This document shows, one piece after another, positions 48,401-55,741 of a DNA stretch of 64,000 bases (positions are counted from its first letter, which is position 1; each line of letters starts with the position of its first letter). Location: NCBI GenBank assembly GCA_044376115.1, contig JBILLK010000033.1, positions 32,001 through 96,000 of the forward strand. Reading direction: 5' to 3'. The DNA is from Polyangiaceae bacterium (GTDB taxonomy: Bacteria > Myxococcota_A > Polyangia > Polyangiales > Polyangiaceae). Made by a program: the position numbers and the translations under genes. The notes beneath the pieces were generated by a model that was given only the letters and a program-made list of their open reading frames with translations, made no database searches and had not been told where the DNA came from.

Positions 48401-51008
48401 AACCGATCGCGCGATTGAGCACATGACACGCGTCGCTGATTTGACGACCGACGGTCGTCAGAAGGTGGAGATGTACCACCGTATCGGACGCCAACTCGAC
48501 GAGAAGCTCGGCGACCGCATGGCAGCGCAAGAGAATTACGAGCGGGCCCTTGACCTCGATGGTTCTCACCAGCCCACACTTGCCGCGCTGAGAACGATCG
48601 CGGTGGACGCAGCCGACTGGGATCGCGCGGCACGCTACCTCGACTCGGAGCAACTCGTTACTGAGTCTCCGAGGTTGCGAGCGAAGCTGCTCGTCGAGTT
48701 GGGCAAGATGCGCCAGGAAATGCTCGGTGAGCAGGAACAGGCGATGCTGGCCTACGAACTCGCGTTGCAATGCGACAGCGACAATGAGGATGCCGCGCTT
48801 CCGTTGATGCAGGAGTACGCCTCACGGTCGGAGTGGGAGCGTGCCGAACCACTGGCCGAGCTTCTCGTAAAGAAGGCTGGTAAGCGGGACCGTCACGAGC
48901 AGCATTCGCTGCAGAATAGCTACGGAAAGATCCTTGCCGCTCGCAAGAACTTCCCAGGAGCCCTCAAGGCATTCCAAGCCGCAGCACAACTGGATCTCAC
49001 GAACCAAGAGACCATTCGGGGGTTGGCGGAGGTCTGCTTTGAACTCCAGGATTGGGCTGGAGCACTGACCAACTATCAGAAGGTGCTCACTTCGCTTGAG
49101 GAGCACGACACGGAACAGCGTGCCTTCGTCTACTTCCGGTTGGGTGCGATCAAGCAGGCCCAAGGGCAGCCGAAGCAAGCTATCAGCAACTTCGATAAGG
49201 CCTTGCAGGTTGAACCCTCACATCAGCCCACGCTTGAGGCGCTCGTCGCCTTGTATGAGGGGGCCAAAGACTGGGTTCAGGTCTGTCACTACAAGCGCAT
49301 CATCCTCGACAACGTCTATGACGGCGACGTGCGGTTCAAGACGCTGGTCGAGATCGGCGACATTTGGGGCGACTCGGGTCGGGGTAAGAGCCCGAACAAG
49401 GCCATCGAGGCTTATGACGAAGCGCTCGGGCTACGAGCGGACGACCATGTTGTACTCCACAAGCTCCTCCAAGTTTGTACGGACGCGCAGCAGTGGGAGC
49501 GAATGAACGAAACGCTCGAGGCCATCGCCAAGCTCGAGCCAAACAAGATCAAGCAGAGCAAGTACTTCTTCACGATTGCGCAGATCTGGCGTGACAAGTT
49601 GTCTGATCCGGATCGAGCCGTGGAGTACTTCGACCAAGCGCTGGAGTTGAATCCTGCGTCGCTCGATGCGTTCGAGCGTATCAACAAGATTCTGACCTCT
49701 CAGAAGAACTGGAACGGCCTCGAGCGCGCTTATCGCAAGATGTTGCACCGCTTGGCGCAGTACCCCTCGGCCGAGCTGGGGGGCCAGCAGAAGGCCGATG
49801 TCGAGTTCAACCTCTGGCACGCTCTCGGATTGATTTTCCGCGACCGTCTCAAGGACCCGACGCAAGCGCTTGGGGCCTTCCGAAAGGCCTCGAGCTTCCG
49901 GCCAGAAGACAAAACCGAGCACACGATCCTCTCGGAGCTGTACGAGGAGTCCGGCCAGATCGATCTTGCGATTGCCGAGTACCAGGCGCTCGTGCGCTTG
50001 GACCCGGTGGACGTTGGTCCCTATCGGCGCCTGTACGCGCTCTATCTCACCAAGCAGTCGTACGACGAGGCTTGGTGCCTGGCCGCTACTCTAACGTTCT
50101 TGAAGAAGGCCGGTGACGACGAACGCCAGTTCTTCGAGGACTACCGACCGCAGGCGCTGCCCCAAGTCACGTCGCGAGTTGACAACAACTCCTGGCTAAA
50201 GAGGGTGTTCCCGACGGACGAGAATCCTCGCGTGGGCAAGATCTTCGAGTTCATTGCGCCGGCGGCTGTTCGCGGCAGGCTCGAGCAAATGAAGGCGAAG
50301 AACGAGATCCCCGTGTTGGACGCGAGGTTCCGTCAGGACCCTGCGACCAGTACGGTGACGTTCGCTCGCACGTTCGGTTGGGCAGCGAATGTATTGGGGC
50401 TCCCAGTCCCGCAGCTTTACGTTCGCAGCGACGTTCCGGGCGCGCTATCTCACGTGCCGGTCGACCCGCCTTCGAGTCTTGCCGGCCAGACGGTGCTGAG
50501 CCGTCTGACGCCTCAGGACTTGGTGTTCATTGTTGGTAAGCACGTCGCGTACTACCGAGGCGAACACTACATTCGGGCTATCTTCCAGACTGTCACCGAA
50601 CTCACGGTGCTCTTCTTTGCGGGCATCAAGCTCGTGGCCCCTGAGCAACCCACTCCGCCAGACCTCTCGAAGCAGATCATTGAGACCGCCCGCTCGCTGG
50701 CCGTGTACATGCAGCCAGTTCAGCTCGAGGGCCTCAAGCTCGCTGTTCGAGATTTCATCCAAACGGACGACGCGAAAGCCAATATCAAGCGCTGGGCGCA
50801 GTGTGCTGAGATCGCGTGTATGCGAGCCGGCTTTCTGCTGAGCGGCGATCTCGATACGGCCCTCAAGGTGATTTCGGCCGAGCAGCAAATGCCCGGCGAC
50901 CTCACTCCTCAGGAGAAACTGAAGGAGCTACTCGTATTCTCGGTGAGCGAGGACTACTTCAAGCTTCGCGCACAACTTGGGCTAGCGATCAAGGTCGCAG
51001 CTCAGTGA
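39420..51008 (+). CDS. gltI: giant cytoplasmic TPR gliding motility protein GltI (AgmK)
   Basis: ~3860 aa of tandem TPR units (LERLY...W.EL..V), no signal peptide, C-terminal LLVFSVSEDYFKLRAQLGL; adjacent to glt genes. Confidence 0.8.
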   Translation: MELSARLSLLESVHDWQSLLEELERAIANTSDAEAKAGLHLQIGRVLDERFLQGVKALKHFQDAFKLNPALLEALERARGIYWELGKTAMVQKLLDIELRSAQGAEAVPLLLEQADVLCDGGDYERAAATYAKALGASEGTSDDARAGLEDTQLGEESWQAFVATLVQEAEEQTGSAASRSFLRAARIARRFGASSAEELFARAYDSSPLERQVAAVYEGLLVASERGADLVELQREFLERQSAKARAVASFRFGSRWATRHQQLETAATFFEESLSLDPTKDSALHFLKELYGVRDGNWDQALGLIEKAANSTAPSAFALATAGLTAWKQQGNLLRARVWFEKLAQLTPDHPAIPLFELQIGESVRGVPTTEADEVDLNVGELQSSEDMAASIEETSVVAPEELAEAIEPAAEADVVEAPVDVPSDVADEVLADDAAPTAGMEAEPPVEPEVTAPTASEQAAPVTPSVAAAVEPVVAPAPRSPEKTAQASDPAKVQELRQKLEKLQAAKRMTEYVKTLVELADCLDDPNEKVAAYLEAAELYTTKFPNAAEAVKCFEAVLAIDENNELAIEHLRATYEKRKDWEKLIRLMRREASVLEVGFDRSAKFAEIARLATERVKKPDVCIELWEEVLAGDPDNVEALNSLPGLYERNKEYGKLADVLERQVEITSDAQTQEATYKKLGQLYGERLGDDAKAVEAWRKLLALNPNDRSAQEALKKKYLALGMWDDLEVFYADSGKWDEFIRLLEAQEAKETEDAAKIGLLVKTAQLWVTQKGKLDRAARAYEKVLSLDPKHLGAAEALIPIYQQANNAKGLASAIEVKLSHDVDGEEKLLLLREVAGLYEGKLKEPERAFERYLAAFESAPTDERCVEDVERAAGVTKSWEALVGAYHRAIERASEDAERIGLRLRLGRVLTEETGEVEKALEQFRAVHEADPENTDAISALERLYRQTLNHAELLGIYEKKRDLASEPEARHSILASIAQLHVSELKNPRAGIDTYRQLLEENPQDPIALAALDGLYKDLEDWENYAEVLRARLELDNTEEQIVDLKYRLGSALEKHLGDPAGALANYREILFVDPANEPARAALETLLEHPELRAETASILQEIYESRGDWAKLIGSLEILAAAEEDQGRRVGLLRKVARVAAQNLQDLPAAIEAQARALRADPSDGDTLAELEQFAEQATAWDDLERILSEVAEGLADPALARAYWMRLASIDERLNKVDVAAERYLRVLTIDAADGEALAAMDALYRRTERWEDLIGVYRRRIDLAEAPQDREGLYSQMASVYEDKLGRPEDAIAAYRGVLELEPTSVVALTALDGLYTRQGRWVDLAENLEAHLQLAESDEEQTRLMLRLGDLRETRMGQVETSIDIYREVLERDPANEAALGALERLGQSPDHELPISEILEPLYRQSGDWQRLIGVYEVQVRRSEDPTRRVELLHQIASLYEDSGNLADQAFQSLSRALAEDPTSEDTKGSLERIARAEGWYAELAKVFEDRAASALVGGDPNAADEATAIGDPAVAVDLFTMAARIYENDLAAAEPAVLHYRKVLEIDPANLAAAESLERMFRGGEQYPELSAVLQHKAEILESMSDKKGALFQAASIEEDVLDRPDAAVVCYRKILELDAEDVRAVDALIKVHSARGEWASLLAAYVQKADLVNDPGEKKSIFYQIGAVHERELKDVPQAIDTYNRILEIDPADLAALARLDALYQSSENWAELLTVLQNQSELAADAEESIRYQYRIAELYEKRLADAPRAIELYRELLSQMPDHEPTLTALEGIKDSGKDAHAAALVLEPVYDAAGDWARLVSVLEVQVKHTEDVFGQVDLLHRIARLDEEMIGDHRAAFEVYARAVALDVTNEESLASFERLAMAVGSWPQVAQLYDAELSRLKSEQPERFVDLALRLAQIFETQLEDVDNAIGRYRAVVEVDSENWTAITSLDRLLVMVERWRELVPVLAREAEIGPTPDDILNFKFRLGQVHETRLADVPAAIQAYREVIAAAPEHAPTLEALEGLFAQGVHQLEIGEVLEPLYQSTGDWDKLTAVFEAELGQKTGREERLATYFRIAELHEERLISLDGALAVYIRSLKEFPSDEKTLDECERLGAASDGGWEALANAYADVLELHEDKPVQAAIGKRLARLFEEELGDISNAEKTYRYVLGIDPADVPALTELDRIYTSLEQWPELAQVIEQRIPATTDPMELTELHLRVGEVYEERLQDESGVGQLDDATRVFRRVFDELDPANENAINALERIYSQREQWPELKMVLDRQLEHASGDSAEADIRAKLANVLADKLNEPAKATDAWKRVLDLRGDDPEALHGLANLHERLGEWSELTEVLGRHFDIAEDDADRVSVLLRRARLFEGQLSRDDEALDDYHRVLDIEGDNLDALYAIAAIWRRRNDPAQLVETLDLTILRATEKLPPEHQIALFRELALTHQNVLGQSYEAVDAWRRLLAVDPRDFEAMSNLENLLRAEDRWEEVIEVKMGRAKALPTPEEQIREYLEVAALWEGAVQKADAATPAYEAVLALDPAHDQAFKALEKLHAAARRDEALIELFLARLDTRDETHEKTELLRKVAKVFDEGLEDKPQAFDALLTAFEMDVDDNETTKALEKVTQSTNKWPELVQQVNQWLTGEQVPSRKITLCLRLAKWYEDLNRPEYAQPYYAQVHKLDPNNVAVLRQMANFLKRSGNFQQQGQMLQQALANAVSDTDRKEILTEMGEVLHLKMNETEQGLSFYRRALEVDPHYVPALEQLEKHAVERGNNAELVDILSAKAKGLAEPDQVAATKLRVGGIYESTLGHPDKAAQAYREVLDADASNVLAMRGLERVHQQMQQWPELVSVLEMQLDVVATERERIEVLMKIAKIQEELFVKPDAAALRLEQVVEIDPNFEPALEGLARCYRQRRQWLDLNNTYDRHVNATSDRLKKVELWSAQAIVYSDELEDIDRAIDSYNNIVELDPQHIPALDALAKLYEKQGETDRAIEHMTRVADLTTDGRQKVEMYHRIGRQLDEKLGDRMAAQENYERALDLDGSHQPTLAALRTIAVDAADWDRAARYLDSEQLVTESPRLRAKLLVELGKMRQEMLGEQEQAMLAYELALQCDSDNEDAALPLMQEYASRSEWERAEPLAELLVKKAGKRDRHEQHSLQNSYGKILAARKNFPGALKAFQAAAQLDLTNQETIRGLAEVCFELQDWAGALTNYQKVLTSLEEHDTEQRAFVYFRLGAIKQAQGQPKQAISNFDKALQVEPSHQPTLEALVALYEGAKDWVQVCHYKRIILDNVYDGDVRFKTLVEIGDIWGDSGRGKSPNKAIEAYDEALGLRADDHVVLHKLLQVCTDAQQWERMNETLEAIAKLEPNKIKQSKYFFTIAQIWRDKLSDPDRAVEYFDQALELNPASLDAFERINKILTSQKNWNGLERAYRKMLHRLAQYPSAELGGQQKADVEFNLWHALGLIFRDRLKDPTQALGAFRKASSFRPEDKTEHTILSELYEESGQIDLAIAEYQALVRLDPVDVGPYRRLYALYLTKQSYDEAWCLAATLTFLKKAGDDERQFFEDYRPQALPQVTSRVDNNSWLKRVFPTDENPRVGKIFEFIAPAAVRGRLEQMKAKNEIPVLDARFRQDPATSTVTFARTFGWAANVLGLPVPQLYVRSDVPGALSHVPVDPPSSLAGQTVLSRLTPQDLVFIVGKHVAYYRGEHYIRAIFQTVTELTVLFFAGIKLVAPEQPTPPDLSKQIIETARSLAVYMQPVQLEGLKLAVRDFIQTDDAKANIKRWAQCAEIACMRAGFLLSGDLDTALKVISAEQQMPGDLTPQEKLKELLVFSVSEDYFKLRAQLGLAIKVAAQ

Positions 51009-51031
51009 ACGGCGCAGCTCCGTGAAAGCAA

Positions 51032-51062
51032 GGAGCCGGTGAGCCTATCGCACACCGGCTCC
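51032..51062 (+). terminator. hairpin after gltI (possible terminator)
   Basis: GGAGCCGGTG/CACCGGCTCC 10-bp stem; no clear U tract. Confidence 0.35.
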
Positions 51063-51119
51063 GCTGTCTGAAGGCTACAGAGGCTTGATTTTTCCGTCGT
51101 AAAGGGGACGATCCAAAGC

Positions 51120-52892
51120 GTGGCGTCGAACGCGAAGGTGGCCGTCTTGAGGCTGGTCCAAGAGGACCAACGTCGATTTGGCGAGCTGGACTTGCTCGCC
51201 AAGCTCGGTCACGGCGGTATGGCAGACGTCTATCTCGCCGCCGTGCGAGCGAAGCCTTCCGAACTCGTCGTTCTAAAGCGGCTCAAAGAGGACCTTCTGG
51301 ATGCCGAGCATCGGTCGATGTTCGAGGATGAGGCGCGAATCATGCCTCAGCTCTCGCACCCGAACGTTGTTCGAACGCTGGAGTACCGCGCGCAGGAGGG
51401 CTGGCCCTACCTCGCAATGGAGTTCTTGGACGGGCTGCCGCTGGATCAGTGTTGGCAGGCGGTGGGGGACCTCGGGGAGGTCGCCGTTCGGCACGTCGTA
51501 TGTGAGCTGCTCGAGGGGCTTCATTACGCCCACGAGTTGCGTTCTCCCGAGGGACAGCCGCTGGAACTGGTTCATCGTGACGTGAGCCCTCAGAACGTGT
51601 TTGTCACCTACGACGGTCGAGTAACGCTCGTTGACTTCGGTATAGCAAAGAGCCGCGGTCGGGCTCAGCACACGAGCACTGGCGTTGTGCGCGGCAAGCT
51701 TTCGTACATGGCGCCTGAGCAGGCTCTCTGCGACACGGTGGACCGTCGTGCCGACATTTTTTCTGCCGGCGTCGTGCTCTTCGAGCTTGCGACAGGGGCC
51801 CGCTACTGGGGCGGCTTGAATGATGTGCAGGTTCTGAAGCGGATGACTTTTGGAGACCTGCCCAAGTTTGAGGAGCACCAGGCCAACCGCTTTTTGATGA
51901 ACACAGCAACGGGTGAAGCGTTGGCAAAGGTACTCCAGGTTGCGCTGCAGGCACGGCCAGAGGACCGCTACGCAACGGCGCGTGAGTTTCGGCAGGCGCT
52001 TGCCGATGCCGTGCCCGGTACGATTCGGAGAACGCAGCTCGGAGCTGCTGTTGAGACCGCCTCGCAAGGCTACCGTGAGGCGTTAAGGGCATTGGTAGAC
52101 GAGCACCTGTTGCACGCTCGTGGAACGGCCGGGCTTGTCGGTGTCGACCCGCTGGCTCAATCCGGTGAACGAGCAACCGCACAGTTGGGTGACCGCGTGA
52201 CCGGGTTGGCGTCAGCTGCGGTTGGGGAAGTCCAAGTCATCGAGGAAACGGCGCCAGGCTTCGAAGTAGAGTCGGGCGGTGCCTCGGCAGAAGATGGCAG
52301 CGCTGAGCTTCCGCAAGCAGCAGACTTGTCTGAGCCCAGCGGTGAAGCGGGCGAGGCGAGGCGCGAAACGAAGTCCTCGTTCGGAGGCAAGACGCTCATT
52401 CTCGGGGTGGCCTTCGCCGCTGCTGCTGCAACCGTGGTCACAGTCGTTGCTAACCGAACAGGCGAGCCGCAGCGTCCTGCGGCGAGCGCCCAAGCGCCTG
52501 CTCCCGACCTGGTGCGCGATCAGCACATCGAGCTTAAGCTCGGCGCAACTCGAGAGGAAACAAGGGTCTTTTTGGATAACGCTCCGATCGACAAGCTTCC
52601 GTTTACCGGCAAGCTTCGACGCGATGGTGCCGCTCACACGCTACGGGCGGAGGCCCCAGGGTATGTGTCGGAGTCGCGCATCGTGGTGTTCGATCGAGAC
52701 GTTGACATCGTCTTTTCTTTGCAGCCAGAGCGCCCAGTGCGTGCAACGACGAGTGCCTCGTCGGCCGCTTCCAGTCCTAATCAAGTCCGCGTTGCGCCTC
52801 CTACAGTCGTGCCTCCCAAACCGTCCTCGAACGGCGGGTTTGATTTGCGCACGCCGCCTTGGGGCGCTGGGCCAAAAGGACCGAAGAAGTAG
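51120..52892 (+). CDS. membrane Ser/Thr protein kinase with C-terminal PEGA-like domain
   Basis: LGHGGMADVY, HRDVSPQN, DFGIAK, YMAPEQ, one TM, TRVFLDN...LRAEAPGY. Confidence 0.92.
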   Translation: MASNAKVAVLRLVQEDQRRFGELDLLAKLGHGGMADVYLAAVRAKPSELVVLKRLKEDLLDAEHRSMFEDEARIMPQLSHPNVVRTLEYRAQEGWPYLAMEFLDGLPLDQCWQAVGDLGEVAVRHVVCELLEGLHYAHELRSPEGQPLELVHRDVSPQNVFVTYDGRVTLVDFGIAKSRGRAQHTSTGVVRGKLSYMAPEQALCDTVDRRADIFSAGVVLFELATGARYWGGLNDVQVLKRMTFGDLPKFEEHQANRFLMNTATGEALAKVLQVALQARPEDRYATAREFRQALADAVPGTIRRTQLGAAVETASQGYREALRALVDEHLLHARGTAGLVGVDPLAQSGERATAQLGDRVTGLASAAVGEVQVIEETAPGFEVESGGASAEDGSAELPQAADLSEPSGEAGEARRETKSSFGGKTLILGVAFAAAAATVVTVVANRTGEPQRPAASAQAPAPDLVRDQHIELKLGATREETRVFLDNAPIDKLPFTGKLRRDGAAHTLRAEAPGYVSESRIVVFDRDVDIVFSLQPERPVRATTSASSAASSPNQVRVAPPTVVPPKPSSNGGFDLRTPPWGAGPKGPKK

Positions 52893-52950
52893 CCGTCCCC
52901 TCGGGTCGCTGTGTTCTTCGGCGCTGGCTGAAGCTAGATTGGGCTAGTCC

Positions 52951-53958
52951 GTGCAGCCGTCTTTTCGTAGCCAACTTCACTCGCAGCCAACAAACTCTGC
53001 GTTGCGAGTCGTGTCAATGGTCGGCCTCGGACTGGCTCTGGGGTTTGGCTTGAGTGTCGCCCCTCGAGTTGCTCAAGCCGCCGGATGTGGGCAGGTGTCG
53101 AGCTCTGAGCCGACCGCAGAAGCGTTGGCGAGCTATGAGACGGCTGTTGCGCTTACCAAGGATGGCCGCTACCCGGAGGCTCTCGCCGCTTACAAACGTG
53201 CTCATGAGCTAAGCCCCAGCTACGTCATTCTCTACAATCTCGCAAAGGCAGCAGCCCTGAGTAGTGACCCTACACAGGCGCTCGAGGCCTATGAGTGCCA
53301 TCTCGAATTGGGTGGCAGCGAGCTCGATGCCACGCGGAGGTCGGAGGTGCTCGCGGAGATCCAGCGACTGCGCGGCGAGGTTGCACTGCTCGTGATCGAG
53401 GTTGATCTGCCTGGAGTCGAGCTATTTGTAGATCAACGTCAAGTCGGTGTTTCCCCATTGCTTGAACCGGTGACGGTGAACCCAGGAAGCCGGTTGGTGC
53501 GGGCCAAAGGTGGCCGCATGGAGACGCGTGCGGTGCAGATCGAGCGCGGGGGTCGGCTGGTCGTGACCTTCGATCTCGAGGCTGATGTTGCTCCACCACC
53601 GCTCGACCCGCCGTTTCGTTTTCCAGCTGGGGTGGTTGGCGCCTCGTGGATTGCGACGGGGCTCATTGGCGTAGGTGCGGCAGTGACCGGCGTGATGGCG
53701 CTCGCGACGTCGGAAGACGTTTCGAATGATCTTTACCTCGGCCCGCAGCGGACTCCGCTTCCTGGGTCTGAACTTGATTCGAAGATAGAGCGGGCGAACG
53801 CACTGGCCGTATCCACCGATGTGTTGATTACGGTCGGCTCGATTGTTGGGGCTGCGGCCATCTCGTTCAGCATTGTCAATTCGCTGGGGGAGACGGCCAC
53901 CGCTCCGCGCGTGAGTTTCTCGCCGGGCGGGTTGGTGTTCAGCGGGAGCTTTCGGTGA
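52951..53958 (+). CDS. TPR-PEGA domain exported protein
   Basis: Signal peptide, TPR (ILYNLAKA), PEGA (GVELFVDQRQVGVSPL..VNPG), hydrophobic C-terminal region ending GSFR; start uncertain. Confidence 0.8.
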   Translation: MQPSFRSQLHSQPTNSALRVVSMVGLGLALGFGLSVAPRVAQAAGCGQVSSSEPTAEALASYETAVALTKDGRYPEALAAYKRAHELSPSYVILYNLAKAAALSSDPTQALEAYECHLELGGSELDATRRSEVLAEIQRLRGEVALLVIEVDLPGVELFVDQRQVGVSPLLEPVTVNPGSRLVRAKGGRMETRAVQIERGGRLVVTFDLEADVAPPPLDPPFRFPAGVVGASWIATGLIGVGAAVTGVMALATSEDVSNDLYLGPQRTPLPGSELDSKIERANALAVSTDVLITVGSIVGAAAISFSIVNSLGETATAPRVSFSPGGLVFSGSFR

Positions 53959-55295
53959 AGCGCCTCGGCTGGTCGTCGTTGGTGATGTCCTTGAGTTGCG
54001 CCTTGGTGGTCGAGCCGCAGCCGGGCGCAGGGATTGGCGCTTCGTGCGAGGCGAGTTCCGAGTGCCAAGCCGCAGAGTGCCTGGACGGTCTTTGTACCGT
54101 GCGCTGCTTCGAATCGGCCGGCTGCCCGGGCGGGACGCTGTGCGCGAACGAGGTCTGCCAGCTGCCGCTAAGCGCATTGGTGGTCGTTCCCTATGACACC
54201 GCTCAGGATGAAGTGGGCCAGGCTGTGGACCGCGGCGTAGTGCAGGCCGCCGAACAACTTGGCTACGTAGAGCCGGAGCTGGTCTCCAAATTGGAGTTGC
54301 CCAGTGCTACCTACGAGGAGGTTGAACAGCGGCTGGACCAACAGTTCTTCGACCTCGTGATCGTGGGGTCACCAGCTCTCTCTCCCGGCTCGTTGGAGAC
54401 CGCCAAAGCGAACCCTGGGACTACGTTCGTTGCTATGCAGCTCGATCCTGCAAACGCAGCAGGCAACCTAGTGTCGTTTGATGCTCGCAGCTATCAAGCC
54501 TACTTCCTCGCGGGTGTTGCAGCTGGGCGGCTCACCAATAGTGGGCGCCTTGGCTTTGTCGGCTCGACGCCCACGCCGCCATTCATCGCGAGCGTGAACG
54601 CGTTTGCCTTGGGCGCACAAGCGGGTCGTGGCGCGCCGATCACCCTGGAGCTTCGCTGGATGATGGGGCCTCACGACATGGGACTCAAAGTCGACGGCAA
54701 GTCGAAAGAGCGACGGGATACCGAGGAGATGGTTGCGGCTGGCGCAGACGTGATCGCTCACAACGTTGACAACAACATCCCGGTCTTCACCGTTCGTGAT
54801 CTCAACGAGGCGGGCGCTTCTGTTCTCGCGGTGGCTAGTCACAAGCCAGAGGCCTGCGGAATCGTAGCCGCCGGGGATTGCGTTGGCGCGGTTGTGACCA
54901 ATTGGACGCCGCTCTTCTCCCGCATCATCGATCTTGTGCATCGGGGTGAGCCTCCTTCTGGAAGTCTCTTGGAGCCAATGCGCACGAGCAACGCGGAGAG
55001 CGTTGTGCGTTTCGACCTTGGTACGGGCCTGGCCGGCGGTTCGAGTTTGGCCGCAGAGCTTGAGAGCTTGCGCGCCGAACTGGCATCTGACTCGGGCGTA
55101 GGTCGAGTCTTCGACGGGCCGATTCAGTCCACGGGCCAGTGCGAGTCGGCTAGCGGACTCCCGTCCTGTGTCGAGGCAGGAACGCGATTGAGTGATGAAG
55201 GGCTCGCGTCGATATGTTGGCTCGTCGCGGGCATCATCGATGAGACGGGCGCGCCAGCGATGGTGCCAGAGTCAGCGAGCTGTCCCGCTCCGTAG
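53955..55295 (+). CDS. BMP/PnrA-family solute-binding lipoprotein with Cys-rich N-terminal module
   Basis: YQAYFLAGVAAG, LGFVG, NAFALGA, GADVIA, NW.P motifs; Cys-rich N-terminus; GTGA overlap. Confidence 0.8.
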   Translation: MKRLGWSSLVMSLSCALVVEPQPGAGIGASCEASSECQAAECLDGLCTVRCFESAGCPGGTLCANEVCQLPLSALVVVPYDTAQDEVGQAVDRGVVQAAEQLGYVEPELVSKLELPSATYEEVEQRLDQQFFDLVIVGSPALSPGSLETAKANPGTTFVAMQLDPANAAGNLVSFDARSYQAYFLAGVAAGRLTNSGRLGFVGSTPTPPFIASVNAFALGAQAGRGAPITLELRWMMGPHDMGLKVDGKSKERRDTEEMVAAGADVIAHNVDNNIPVFTVRDLNEAGASVLAVASHKPEACGIVAAGDCVGAVVTNWTPLFSRIIDLVHRGEPPSGSLLEPMRTSNAESVVRFDLGTGLAGGSSLAAELESLRAELASDSGVGRVFDGPIQSTGQCESASGLPSCVEAGTRLSDEGLASICWLVAGIIDETGAPAMVPESASCPAP

Positions 55296-55735
55296 TTGGA
55301 CCAGGGAAAGAGCAGCAAACGCACAAGCTGCTCATCGAGGCTCATCGCTCGCGCAACGTCTTCGGCTGCGCACGCAACTCTTGAGGTGCCGCGTGGTTGT
55401 CGCGGTTCGTTGGGAGCCCCTGTGAGCCCGCCCCGGAGGCTTCGATGAAAGGATGCCGCGACTGCAGCCCACAGCGGTACGGCCACGGTTTTGCTGTCGC
55501 CGTGGTTGTCGCTCAGCGCTATCTGAAGCTGATGATGGCGCCGCTCGAGTAGGTCTTGAGGCAAGCGGTCCAGTTCTTTGAGTGCGCCGGGAAACTCTGC
55601 ACACAATTCACGAAAGAACGTCCGCTCCGGGATCGGCTTTCCTGCGGCTCGCTCGCTGCGCAGGGTCAGAAGTGTTGCGTACTTCCAGGCGAGCCTGACG
55701 GCGACGTGGCGGTCCACTTCGACGAACGGCAACAT
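55124..55735 (-). CDS. hypothetical protein downstream of epmA
   Basis: ATG 7 nt after the epmA stop; EFPGALKELD motif; 3' end runs 172 nt into the convergent BMP gene. Confidence 0.55.
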   Translation of the reverse strand: MLPFVEVDRHVAVRLAWKYATLLTLRSERAAGKPIPERTFFRELCAEFPGALKELDRLPQDLLERRHHQLQIALSDNHGDSKTVAVPLWAAVAASFHRSLRGGLTGAPNEPRQPRGTSRVACAAEDVARAMSLDEQLVRLLLFPWSNYGAGQLADSGTIAGAPVSSMMPATSQHIDASPSSLNRVPASTQDGSPLADSHWPVD

Positions 55736-55741
55736 GAGCGC

